A DNA stretch of 61,634 bases, from NCBI GenBank assembly GCA_018896765.1, contig JAHILZ010000016.1, forward strand, positions 1-61,634, given 5' to 3'. The position numbers were made by a program, and so were the translations under genes. Positions 38,250 to 47,563 of this stretch are shown in pieces; position 1 is the stretch's first letter, and every line of letters begins with the position of its first letter. The notes below the pieces were generated by a model, which saw nothing but the letters and a program-made list of their open reading frames with translations, searched no databases and was not told the origin of the DNA. This DNA is from Patescibacteria group bacterium (GTDB lineage: Bacteria > Patescibacteriota > Minisyncoccia > JAHIHE01).

Positions 38250-38831
38250 TTACAAAATAGATTTTTTTTGTTTATTTCTAAAATACGCGAAATAGATTGT
38301 TATCATTACGATATAGTTTAGCGCCAAAAACCATGGAGTGCCCCATGAAAGCCCATCAAATTTTATATCAGAAATCGGCCAAAGAAACGGGGTTGAATAG
38401 AATGCCGAAGAATGGGTTGGAATATCAATTAAAATATGGACGAGCCACCCGCCAAGCTCCCAAGAAATTATTGATTTAACTGCTCCCTGCGATATTTTGC
38501 GTTTTAAGAAAAGCAAAGCCGTAATAATTATAAATACGGCAAAAAAAATGACAAAGCTGTGGCCTATGGCGTAAAGTGTTGAAACAATTTGCAAGACAGG
38601 ATAGAAATTTTGCCGGGGCGGTTCGATTTTTTCCGGGCCCGGCAAATCCGACATTGAAATTTTTCCGAGCATTAGCTCAATTAAAATCCAGGCGATGGGA
38701 ATAGCAAAAGCAAAGAGATCGGGAAATACTCCCCAGAATATCGCTAATTTCATATTCAGCGGTTTTTTAATTTTTTCTTTTAAAATTTTAAATGCCGCCC
38801 AAGTCCAAAATACGTGCGAGAAAAAATCCAT
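38250..38831 (-). CDS. hypothetical polytopic membrane protein (possibly DUF457/YdjM-like hydrolase)
   Basis: N-terminal MDFFSH and a later DIPTH His/Asp pattern. The assignment is weak. Confidence 0.4.
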   Translation of the reverse strand: MDFFSHVFWTWAAFKILKEKIKKPLNMKLAIFWGVFPDLFAFAIPIAWILIELMLGKISMSDLPGPEKIEPPRQNFYPVLQIVSTLYAIGHSFVIFFAVFIIITALLFLKRKISQGAVKSIISWELGGWLVHILIDIPTHSSAFYSTPFLWPISDIKFDGLSWGTPWFLALNYIVMITIYFAYFRNKQKKSIL

Positions 38832-38971
38832 AATATTAAAATTGATTATTTTAGAAAATAATATTATCAGTATACCATTTTAAGTAAAATTTATCAAAAA
38901 AATTTTTATGATTCAAGGCTTGATTTTTTCGCGTTTTTTGGGTAGAATGAATAAGAATTTAAAGTATTTAG

Positions 38972-39451
38972 ATGAAAACAATTTTTGACTTAAAAAAAGT
39001 AAATTTTCGAAAGGCTTTCGTTTCTGACCTGAAAGATCTCTTTGAAATTGGCAAAATGGATTTCGGAGATGAGAAATGGCTGACCGCCAAATTTTTGGAA
39101 GATTCGCTTTTGGAGATCGGATATCATTATATTGCCGAATATGACAGTAAAACGGTTGGCGGCATAATAGTCACTAAATATGATTTTCCTAAAAACTGGA
39201 TTTATTACCTGGTCGTTCACCCTGATTATCAGAGGAAAGGCATAGGAAGCGCGATCTTAAATCTTGTGGAAAAAGATGTGATCAATAATCTACCCAAAAA
39301 AGATTCTCTTTATGTTGATGTCGGAACAGAGCCGGAAGATTTAGCTGCCAGAAAATTTTATTTTAAAAATGGATTCAAGAGCGAAGGCCGGGTGGAGAAT
39401 TGGTTTGACGATGGAATGCCGGCATTGGTTTTAAGGAAAAGTTTGAGATAA
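38972..39451 (+). CDS. GNAT-family N-acetyltransferase
   Basis: Acetyl-CoA motif A: LVVHPDYQRKGIGSAIL. Confidence 0.8.
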   Translation: MKTIFDLKKVNFRKAFVSDLKDLFEIGKMDFGDEKWLTAKFLEDSLLEIGYHYIAEYDSKTVGGIIVTKYDFPKNWIYYLVVHPDYQRKGIGSAILNLVEKDVINNLPKKDSLYVDVGTEPEDLAARKFYFKNGFKSEGRVENWFDDGMPALVLRKSLR

Positions 39452-39495
39452 AATAGCGCGCATATTTCATTATCGTCTATTGGTAGGAAAATTTC

Positions 39496-39524
39496 TTGAT
39501 TTATTTCCGAAAAAATGCTAAAAT
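39496..39524 (+). promoter_or_regulatory. promoter placing the TSS at or near the LAGLIDADG start codon
   Basis: TTGATT, a 17-nt spacer, then an extended -10 TGcTAAAAT ending 6 nt before the ATG at 39531. Confidence 0.45.
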
Positions 39525-39530
39525 TATTAT

Positions 39531-40244
39531 ATGGTTGCAAAATTACAAAAAAGCCCGTGGAATAAGGGTTTTACAAAAGAGAATCATTCGTCAGTCCTGA
39601 AGATTTCCCAGACAATGAAGGAAAAGAAAATAGATAATTTTGCCGGTTGGAGAAAAAAGTGCATAGAGAAAGGCCTGTTAAAAAGCAAATATCCTGATTT
39701 TAAAAAAAACGAGGATTTGGCGGAGCTTATTGGAGTTGTTTTAGGCGATGGGCACATACAATCATTTCCAAGGACTGAGCGACTAACCATATCATCACAT
39801 TCAAAAAATAGAGGTTTTATCAATAGATATGCCTGCCTTATCGAAAAAGTAATCAAGAAAAAACCTTATTGCGAGAAAATTAAAAATGCAAATTGCGTGC
39901 GAATAAGCATTTACGAGAAATTCATCAGCAAAAGACTAAAAATACCGGCAGGAAATCGCAAAGATTTAGTCGCTAAAATTCCTGAATGGATAAGCGCCGA
40001 CAAAAAGATTTTAACAAGATATTTACGAGGATTATATGAAGCTGAAGGTTCTTTCTGTGTTCATAAGCCGACCTATACTTATAAATTTTTATTTAGCAAC
40101 AAGAATAAAACATTATTGGATAATGTTTACGGCGCATTAAAAATTTTTGGTTTTCATCCCCACAGAGGCGCATACCGGATTCAAATTTCAAAAAAAGAAG
40201 AAGTTTATAAAATTAAAGACTTGATAAAATTCAGGAAATATTAA
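39531..40244 (+). CDS. free-standing double-motif LAGLIDADG homing-endonuclease-like protein
   Basis: Two LAGLIDADG motifs: LAELIGVVLGDGHI and YLRGLYEAEGSF. Confidence 0.75.
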   Translation: MVAKLQKSPWNKGFTKENHSSVLKISQTMKEKKIDNFAGWRKKCIEKGLLKSKYPDFKKNEDLAELIGVVLGDGHIQSFPRTERLTISSHSKNRGFINRYACLIEKVIKKKPYCEKIKNANCVRISIYEKFISKRLKIPAGNRKDLVAKIPEWISADKKILTRYLRGLYEAEGSFCVHKPTYTYKFLFSNKNKTLLDNVYGALKIFGFHPHRGAYRIQISKKEEVYKIKDLIKFRKY

Positions 40245-40248
40245 TTAT

Positions 40249-40319
40249 TGGGAGATCTGCTAAAGGTAGGCAAGTGGGCTCTGAACCCATTAATCTAGGT
40301 TCGATTCCTAGTCTCCCAG
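40249..40319 (+). tRNA. tRNA-Gln (anticodon CUG)
   Basis: Acceptor tgggaga/tctccca, anticodon loop ctCTGaa, T-loop ttcgatt. Starts 4 nt after the LAGLIDADG stop. Confidence 0.85.
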
Positions 40320-40366
40320 CAATTTATAAAATTTAGAAATAATAAGTAGAATATTAAATTTATTCT

Positions 40367-40939
40367 ATGAATCAAAAACGAATTTTTATAATTCACGGCT
40401 GGGAAGGAGCGCCGGAGTCTAATTGGTTTCCGTGGCTGAAAAAGCAATTGGAAAAGCAAGGATTTGAAGCAATAGTTCCAGTGATGCCGAATACTGATAA
40501 TCCGATTTCTTCTGAATGGCTGGCGTATATGCAAAAAATCATCAGCAAGCCCGATAAAAATACTTATTTAGTCGGCCATAGTCTTGGAGTTATCGCTATT
40601 CTCAGGTTTCTTGAATCGCTTTTGCCAGAGCAAAAAATCGGCGGGGCGGTGTTTGTCGCGGGATTTTCGGAATCAGTGGGCATTAATGAAACAGAAAGTT
40701 TTTTTGCCGCGCCTCTTGATTACGAAAAAATTAAAAATTCCGCGGAAAAATTTATTGCCATCAATTCCGATAATGATCCCTATGTGCCGCTTAAGAAAGG
40801 CGAGATATTAAGAGATAAATTAGGAGCAGAACTTATTATAGTGCAAAAAGGCAGCCATTTCCACGAAGGCGCGGGATTTACAGAATTACCAATAGTTTTA
40901 GAAAGTTTATTAAAAATCTATGCCAAAAGAAAGATTTAA
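40367..40939 (+). CDS. YdeN/RBBP9-family serine hydrolase
   Basis: IIHGWEGAPESNWFPWL, nucleophile elbow GHSLG, a late Asp/His region. Confidence 0.7.
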   Translation: MNQKRIFIIHGWEGAPESNWFPWLKKQLEKQGFEAIVPVMPNTDNPISSEWLAYMQKIISKPDKNTYLVGHSLGVIAILRFLESLLPEQKIGGAVFVAGFSESVGINETESFFAAPLDYEKIKNSAEKFIAINSDNDPYVPLKKGEILRDKLGAELIIVQKGSHFHEGAGFTELPIVLESLLKIYAKRKI

Positions 40940-41357
40940 AATAATACCCGTATCACTTCTAATCTTAATTAAGGATGGCAATATCCTTCTTTCAAGGCGC
41001 TTTAATACCGGGTATGAAGATGGAAATTATGGTGTTGTATCCGGCCATTTGGACGGCAATGAAACATTCATGGAAGCGATGGCGCGGGAAGCGAAAGAAG
41101 AAGCGGGCATTGATATAGCCGCAAAAGATTTAGAAGTGGCGCATGTAATGCACCGAAAATCTCCGCCGGATGAGCGAATTGATTTTTATATCAGAGCGAA
41201 CAATTGGCAAGGCGAGCTGAGAATTATGGAGCCGAATAAATGCGATGATTTAAAATGGTTTTCAATTGATAATCTACCTGCCAATACAATTCCTTACATA
41301 AGGCAGGCGATTGAAAAAATCAGAAAGAAAATTTTTTACAGCGAATTCGGGTGGTAA
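40920..41357 (+). CDS. NUDIX hydrolase
   Basis: Nudix box GHLDGNETFMEAMAREAKEEAGI. Confidence 0.8.
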   Translation: MPKERFKIIPVSLLILIKDGNILLSRRFNTGYEDGNYGVVSGHLDGNETFMEAMAREAKEEAGIDIAAKDLEVAHVMHRKSPPDERIDFYIRANNWQGELRIMEPNKCDDLKWFSIDNLPANTIPYIRQAIEKIRKKIFYSEFGW

Positions 41358-42166
41358 AATATTTTTATAAAACTATGCGCCAAATAAAACTCATAGAATT
41401 TGCAAACAAAGCAGATGATTTATTGCGAGGTATTTTAGTGTCAAGCGGCGATAGCGCCAAAGTAGTTTTAATGTGTGGGGGATTTGAGCGGTCGGCTACC
41501 ACTGAAAAGAAGTTTAAGGCATTAGCAGACAGATTGATTGAAAATAATATTTCTTCCTTGCGATTTGATTGCGCCGGTTGCGGTTTGTCGGACGGAGATT
41601 TTTCAAAAACAACCGTAAAAAGAATGACTGACGATTTACGAAGCGCCGTTGAATTTTTAAAAGAAGAAGCTGAGACTGAAAATATTTCTTTGGTTTGCCA
41701 TAGTTTATCGGCTTGCGCGGCAGGGAGAGTATTGGATGAGGCGAATTTTAAAAAAATTGTATTAATAGCGCCGGCCTTAAATCAAAAAGATTTATTAAGA
41801 TATTGGTTCACGAAGCAAGAGGAAGAAAGCAAAAAAATAAATATTAAAATTAATTGGAATAATTTTAAAAATTATTTGGATGAGAAGCGGTTTCGGAAAG
41901 ATTGTCTTAGAACCGATAAAATGACAAAAGCAAATTACATTTCGTCCGCTTATTTTTTGGAAAATAAAGACAAGGATTATTCCGCTTTATTTAAAAAGAA
42001 TGATAATGTTTTTCTTGCGCGCGGAGATAAAGATGATAAAGTTCCTTTAGAGAGTTTGAATATTAAATTCAAAAATGAAATTATTGTTAAAGGCGGAGAT
42101 CATGACATAGAAAGGCCGGATATGTTTGAGCAATGGATAGAAAAAACAGTTGATTTTCTAAAATAA
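41351..42166 (+). CDS. alpha/beta-fold hydrolase
   Basis: Nucleophile-elbow-like VCHSLSA and C-terminal GGDHD. The start may be the Met at 41376. Confidence 0.55.
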   Translation: MVKYFYKTMRQIKLIEFANKADDLLRGILVSSGDSAKVVLMCGGFERSATTEKKFKALADRLIENNISSLRFDCAGCGLSDGDFSKTTVKRMTDDLRSAVEFLKEEAETENISLVCHSLSACAAGRVLDEANFKKIVLIAPALNQKDLLRYWFTKQEEESKKINIKINWNNFKNYLDEKRFRKDCLRTDKMTKANYISSAYFLENKDKDYSALFKKNDNVFLARGDKDDKVPLESLNIKFKNEIIVKGGDHDIERPDMFEQWIEKTVDFLK

Positions 42167-42298
42167 GTTTTATTATCGCTTTATAAAGCCGGTTGGTTAA
42201 AAAGAATTCTCAAAGATTCTTTTTTTTGCTTTTTTGGCCAAAAAATAGTAAAATTAAGATAAGAAAAAGAGCTTTTTAATTACAGTAAAACATTATTT

Positions 42299-42377
42299 AA
42301 CCCGTTAGAAATAAAAAAATATTTTTAATGCGGCGTGTAATAAATAAAACTATTGATATGACAATTTCTAATGGGTT
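42299..42377 (+). promoter_or_regulatory. start-codon-enclosing hairpin module, copy 2
   Basis: aacccgttagaaat (42299-42312) pairs with atttctaatgggtt (42364-42377). The 51-nt loop contains the ATGs at 42328 and 42358. Confidence 0.55.
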
Positions 42378-44943
42378 GAATAGAAGAGAGGAAGATATAG
42401 AATCGACGCCGATAGCCAGCTATGCGAAATATTCAAATGAAGATTTACTGGATGAACTTAAAACCTCTTTTAAAGGTCTTGCGGATAAAGAGGCGAAAAG
42501 ACGGCTTTTAAGATATGGCCTCAATATTCCGGCGCAGAAAAAAAAGATTTCAGCCGCTGTTTTATTATTCTCAAAGTTTCGCAATCCTTTAATCCTCACG
42601 CTTCTGGTTATAGCGCTTCTCTCGCTTTTTTTTGGCGAAGAAATAAACGCGATTTTTGTAGCGCTGATGATCTTGGTTAGCGTCGCGCTGGAATTTTCCT
42701 TGGAGTATCGGTCGGGCAAGGCGGTAGAAAAATTAAGCGATTTGGTTCGCACGAAAGTAGCTGTTTTTAGAGATGGCGCGCAAAAAGAAATAGATCTTTT
42801 TGATATTGTTCCGGGCGATATTATTGATCTTTATGCCGGAGATATGATTCCGGCAGACTTAAGGATCATTCAGGCAAAAGATTTATTTATTAATCAATCA
42901 TCTTTTACAGGAGAGTCTTTTCCAGTTGAAAAAACCGCCGCATTTGATAAAACTAAAAAAGAGGCGATAGAGAAATTGGAAAATATAGCTTTTATGGGTT
43001 CTAGCGTGGTTAGCGGGACAGGGCTTGGCGTGGCGGTTAAGACCGGAAAATATACTCAATTCGGGGAAATTTCCAGTTCGCTTGTCCGCATCGAGGAAGA
43101 AACCAGTTTTGACAGAGGCATCAAACAATTCACTATGCTGATGATTCATTTGATGCTTATTCTTGTAGTTTTTATTTTTTTTGCGATAGTGGTTTTAAAG
43201 CAAGGAATTTTTAAAGATGCCTTGCTTTTTTCTCTAGCGGTCGCGGTTGGGATTACTCCGGAAATGCTTCCTATGCTGGTTAGCATAAATTTATCGCGCG
43301 GCGCGGCCGATATGGCTAAGAAAAAAGTTATAGTCAAGCGCTTGAATTCCATTCAGAATTTCGGCGCTATGGATATTTTATGCACCGACAAAACAGGCAC
43401 TCTTACGCTCGACAAGATTGTCATGGTGAACCACTATGATGTTGAGGGCGATGAGGATAAAGAAGTTATGGAGTACGCGTATCTCAACAGTTCTTTTCAA
43501 ACCGGATTAAAAAATCTTTTAGACAAGGCAATTATCAGCCATGAAAAAATAACGATGGCGGGTTATCAAAAAGTGGATGAAATGCCTTTTGATTTTTCCC
43601 GAAGAATAATGTCCGTAGTGGTGGAAAAAGGCGGAAAGCATATTTTAATCGCCAAAGGCGCTCCTGAAGATATTTTTAACCATTCAAGCCATTATTATCT
43701 CAATGGCGAGATTCATAAAATTCACGATAAAATATTTTCTAAAGTGCAGGAAGAATACGATAAATTAAGCGGCCAAGGATTCCGCGTGCTGGCGGTAGCT
43801 TATAAAAATATTGAAAGCCCCAAAGCGATTTATTCCAAGAAAGATGAAAGCGGCCTTGTGCTTCGGGGATATCTTGCTTTTCTTGATCCTGCCAAGCCTA
43901 CCGTCAAAGAATCCCTTGGCGCGCTTGAAGAGCTTGGCATTGAGATAAAAGTTCTTACCGGAGATAACGAAATTATCACTGATAAAATATGCCGCGATGT
44001 CTCGCTTCACGTAAAGGGAGTTATTACCGGTTTTCAAATGGAAAATATCCAGGATGCCGAGCTTGAGCGCCTGGTAGAAAAAACTACTATTTTCGCGCGT
44101 TTGAATCCGATTCAAAAAGAGCGAGTAATCAAGGCGCTTCATAAAAATAATCATACGGTGGGTTATTTGGGGGATGGCATTAATGACGCGCCGTCGCTCA
44201 AGGCCGCGGATATTGGAATTTCCGTGAATAACGCCGTTGACATTGCCAAGGAATCGGCTGATATTATTTTGCTTCAAAAAAGCTTGATGGCGCTGAAAGA
44301 CGGCGTTTTGGACGGCAGGAAAGTTTTTGGCAATATTATTAAATATATTAAGATGAGCGCGAGTTCTAATTTTGGAAATATGATCAGTTTGACAGGAGCG
44401 ACTTTATTCTTGCCTTTTCTGCCAATGACGCCCTTGCAAATCCTTTTTAATAACTTTCTTTATGATATGGGCCAGCTTGCTTTGCCTAATGACGCGGTAG
44501 ATAAGGAATATCTTGCCAAGCCACGGCCGTGGAATATAAATTATATTAAAAAATTTATACTTTTTATCGGCCCTTTGAGTTCGATTTATGATTTTTTGAC
44601 TTTCGGAATAATGCTTTATATTTTCAATGCCGCGCAAAATCAGGAGTTTTTTCATACGGGCTGGTTTATCGAATCTTTGTTTACTCAGATTCTGGTTATT
44701 TATGTAATCAGGACTAATAAAATTCCATTCATTGAAAGCGCGCCGAATAAATTTCTTATTTTTAACACTCTTTTAGTTCTCGCGGTAGCGCTTGGCGTAG
44801 TTTTTTCATCATTCGCGGAATTATTCGGTTTTGTCGCGATGCCGCCGCTTTATTTCATTATTCTTTTTGTCTTGTTGGTCACATATCTTTCGCTGGTTCA
44901 AATTGTTAAAACATGGGTTGTGAGAAAGTATGGATATCAATAA
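42328..44943 (+). CDS. mgtA: P-type ATPase, MgtA-like (Mg2+ importing type)
   Basis: DKTGTLT phosphorylation site, TGES, GDGINDAPSLK, 10-TM layout. The true start may be the Met at 42358. Confidence 0.8.
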   Translation: MRRVINKTIDMTISNGLNRREEDIESTPIASYAKYSNEDLLDELKTSFKGLADKEAKRRLLRYGLNIPAQKKKISAAVLLFSKFRNPLILTLLVIALLSLFFGEEINAIFVALMILVSVALEFSLEYRSGKAVEKLSDLVRTKVAVFRDGAQKEIDLFDIVPGDIIDLYAGDMIPADLRIIQAKDLFINQSSFTGESFPVEKTAAFDKTKKEAIEKLENIAFMGSSVVSGTGLGVAVKTGKYTQFGEISSSLVRIEEETSFDRGIKQFTMLMIHLMLILVVFIFFAIVVLKQGIFKDALLFSLAVAVGITPEMLPMLVSINLSRGAADMAKKKVIVKRLNSIQNFGAMDILCTDKTGTLTLDKIVMVNHYDVEGDEDKEVMEYAYLNSSFQTGLKNLLDKAIISHEKITMAGYQKVDEMPFDFSRRIMSVVVEKGGKHILIAKGAPEDIFNHSSHYYLNGEIHKIHDKIFSKVQEEYDKLSGQGFRVLAVAYKNIESPKAIYSKKDESGLVLRGYLAFLDPAKPTVKESLGALEELGIEIKVLTGDNEIITDKICRDVSLHVKGVITGFQMENIQDAELERLVEKTTIFARLNPIQKERVIKALHKNNHTVGYLGDGINDAPSLKAADIGISVNNAVDIAKESADIILLQKSLMALKDGVLDGRKVFGNIIKYIKMSASSNFGNMISLTGATLFLPFLPMTPLQILFNNFLYDMGQLALPNDAVDKEYLAKPRPWNINYIKKFILFIGPLSSIYDFLTFGIMLYIFNAAQNQEFFHTGWFIESLFTQILVIYVIRTNKIPFIESAPNKFLIFNTLLVLAVALGVVFSSFAELFGFVAMPPLYFIILFVLLVTYLSLVQIVKTWVVRKYGYQ

Positions 44944-45192
44944 TAAAAAAACCGCCAAAAGCGGCAGTATTAGCCATTGTTGTTTATAAGAAAAAAAAGA
45001 AGAAGCAGCGGTGAGATTGTTTAAAATGTCCTTTTCTCGCCGCCGCTACGGCATATTTTTATGCCGTAATAAAGTTTATATCAAAGGTTTTGTTTTGTCA
45101 AGAGTCGCGCATCGGCGGCTTGAGTTTTTAAGAAATTATGCTACCGTTAAATAATGTTTTAATGTTAATATGCTTAAATGTTTAAATGATCT

Positions 45193-46077
45193 ATGCCTGA
45201 ATTACCGGAAGTTGAAACAATTAAAAATGATTTAGCGGCAAAAATTAAAGGCAAAGAAATAAGCGATGTTAAAATTTTATGGAGAGGCGCTCTCAATATT
45301 TCGGCTAAAAAATTTGTTCAATTGATAAAAAATGCCAAGATATTGAATATTTCGCGGCGCGCCAAGATTTTAATTTTAACTTTGTCCAATAATTATTCGC
45401 TTTTCGTTCATTTGAAAATGACAGGCCAGCTTTTGTACGAATCAGTAATTAAGAATTATTCCTCCTTCGCTAAAGCTACGGCGGACAAGAAATTAAGGAT
45501 AATAATTAAAAACCCTCTTTATAAATACACGCGAGTAATATTTTTTTTCACTGATAAAAGTATTTTGGCATTTAATGATTTGAGAAAATTCGGTTATGTC
45601 AAAATTATTCCGCAAAGCAAAGTTCAAAATTTTATAAATAGTGAAAAATTCGGTCCGGAGCCGCTTGATAAAGATTTTACTTTGGAAAAATTCAAGGAGA
45701 TTTTAAAAAAATATCCAAGGCGACGAATTAAGCAGGATTTAATGGATCCGGCGGCAATTGCCGGCATTGGCAATATTTACGCGGATGAAATTTGCTTTTA
45801 CGCGAAAGCCAAACCAACTAAGCAAATAAACAATTTAACAACTAAACAAACCGAATTATTATTTAAGGGTATCAAAAAGATATTAAGCCGCGCTATTGAG
45901 TTAAGGGGATCGTCAATAGAAAATTATGTGGATGCCGGCGGGCGGAAAGGCGATTATGTAAAAGAGTTAAAAGTTTATGGCCGTGAAAACGAAAAATGCT
46001 TCCGTTGCAAGGGGAAAATTAAGCGCGTAAAATTGGGCGGCCGAAGCTCGTATTTTTGTCCGCACTGCCAGAAGTAA
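45193..46077 (+). CDS. mutM: formamidopyrimidine-DNA glycosylase
   Basis: N-terminal MPELPEVE, H2TH region, C-terminal zinc finger CFRCKG...FCPHCQ. Confidence 0.9.
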   Translation: MPELPEVETIKNDLAAKIKGKEISDVKILWRGALNISAKKFVQLIKNAKILNISRRAKILILTLSNNYSLFVHLKMTGQLLYESVIKNYSSFAKATADKKLRIIIKNPLYKYTRVIFFFTDKSILAFNDLRKFGYVKIIPQSKVQNFINSEKFGPEPLDKDFTLEKFKEILKKYPRRRIKQDLMDPAAIAGIGNIYADEICFYAKAKPTKQINNLTTKQTELLFKGIKKILSRAIELRGSSIENYVDAGGRKGDYVKELKVYGRENEKCFRCKGKIKRVKLGGRSSYFCPHCQK

Positions 46078-46084
46078 ATATAAA

Positions 46085-46175
46085 TCACGAATCAAACTCG
46101 AATTTTATCACTAATAATCGCAAACTATAAATGCTAAATTTAGTGATAATTCGAGATAAAATTCGCGATTGATTA
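46085..46175. repeat. intergenic hairpin
   Basis: aatcacgaatcaaactcgaattttatcactaa faces ttagtgataattcgagataaaattcgcgatt. Confidence 0.65.
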
Positions 46176-46181
46176 GCGACT

Positions 46182-47441
46182 ATGAAAAACATAATCATTA
46201 TACATTATGCCGAGATCGCGCTAAAAGGCGAAAATCGGCGTAATTTTGAGAAAAAATTGGTTGAGAATATAAAGCTTGGACTGAAAAATCTGTCTTGTGA
46301 AAAAATAAGCCGCATTTCTGGCCGAATTTTAATTTATCCAAAAGATAATGCGGAAATAAAGAAGTTTAAAACCGCCCTGAACTATGTTTTTGGCATTTCG
46401 CATTTTTCTTTTGGCTGGGAGATAAGCGCGGATTTGGAGGAAATTAAAATAACTTTAGCAGAAATGCTGAAAAAAAGAATAGCGGGAAATTCTTCAATTT
46501 CGTTATGCGGAGATTATTTTGAGCAATGTCGAAATGCTCAGGATGGCAATTTTATTAAAAAAAAGATTGTTACTTTTCGCATTACCGCGCGGCGCGCTGA
46601 AAAAAATTTTCCAAAAACATCGGAAGAAATTAATCGTGAAATAGGCGAGTATGTACTGGAAAAGTTAAAAGTTAAAAGTGAAAAGTTAAAAGTGAAATTG
46701 AAAAATCCGGATATAAATTGCTTTATTGAAATCGTTGAAGGAAAAGCTTTAATATATTTTGAAAAAATAAAAGGGCAGGGCGGGTTGCCGGTGGGAACAA
46801 GCGGAAAAGTTTTATCATTAATTTCCAGCGGATTTGATTCGCCGGTTGCCGCTTGGCGCTTGATGAAAAGGGGAGCGCGAGTTGATTTTATTCACTTTCA
46901 CAGCTATCCTCGCACAGGTAAAGCATCCATCAATAACGTTAAAAATTTGATAAAAATACTGAATAAATATCAATTCAATTCAACATTATATTTAGCGCCG
47001 CTTTTGGATATTCAGCGGGAAATTTTTTCAAAATGCGAAGAGCGATTGAGAATTATTTTATATCGCCGGTTTATGTTTCGCATTGCCGAAGCTCTAGCTT
47101 GGAAAATCGGCGCCGGCGCGCTTGTGACAGGGGAGAGCTTGGGTCAAGTCGCTTCGCAAACATTGGAAAATATCGGCGTGGCAAACAACGCAGTGTCTAT
47201 TCCGATTTTCCGGCCGTTCATCGGCGCTGACAAAATCGAGATTATCGATGAAGCTAAAAAAATCGGCACCTATGAATTTTCCAGCCAGCCGTACGAAGAT
47301 TGCTGTTCGCTTTTTACTCCGCGCCATCCGGCGACTAAAGCAAGATTGGGACAAGTGGAATTCGAGGAATCGAAATTGGATTCGGAAAAATTGATTAAAG
47401 AGGCGATAGAGAAGATGGAAAAAGTCGAATTCAAAAATTAA
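46182..47441 (+). CDS. thiI: tRNA 4-thiouridine(8) synthase ThiI
   Basis: THUMP region and PP-loop SSGFDSPVAAW. Confidence 0.85.
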   Translation: MKNIIIIHYAEIALKGENRRNFEKKLVENIKLGLKNLSCEKISRISGRILIYPKDNAEIKKFKTALNYVFGISHFSFGWEISADLEEIKITLAEMLKKRIAGNSSISLCGDYFEQCRNAQDGNFIKKKIVTFRITARRAEKNFPKTSEEINREIGEYVLEKLKVKSEKLKVKLKNPDINCFIEIVEGKALIYFEKIKGQGGLPVGTSGKVLSLISSGFDSPVAAWRLMKRGARVDFIHFHSYPRTGKASINNVKNLIKILNKYQFNSTLYLAPLLDIQREIFSKCEERLRIILYRRFMFRIAEALAWKIGAGALVTGESLGQVASQTLENIGVANNAVSIPIFRPFIGADKIEIIDEAKKIGTYEFSSQPYEDCCSLFTPRHPATKARLGQVEFEESKLDSEKLIKEAIEKMEKVEFKN

Positions 47442-47563
47442 CTTTTTTAATTTAATTTTATTAGCATTACAAATTACATTATTAATTGTTGTATTGACTT
47501 TTTTTTAATTATCGTCTAGTATAAATTTAAGAGGGGGAGTCCGGCTGAAAAGCTTGGCTTTGT

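Noticed and set aside
38100-38321. 73-aa plus-strand ORF after ftsX.
   Set aside because: Its 5' half is the dispersed double-hairpin element and its 3' part is antisense to the 38250-38831 gene. It has no SD and no motifs.
47442-47563. Purine-related (ZTP/pfl) riboswitch upstream of purP.
   Set aside because: I see only a simple gaggg...ccctc hairpin. I could not find the conserved pfl core sequences by eye. A covariance-model scan would be needed to be certain.
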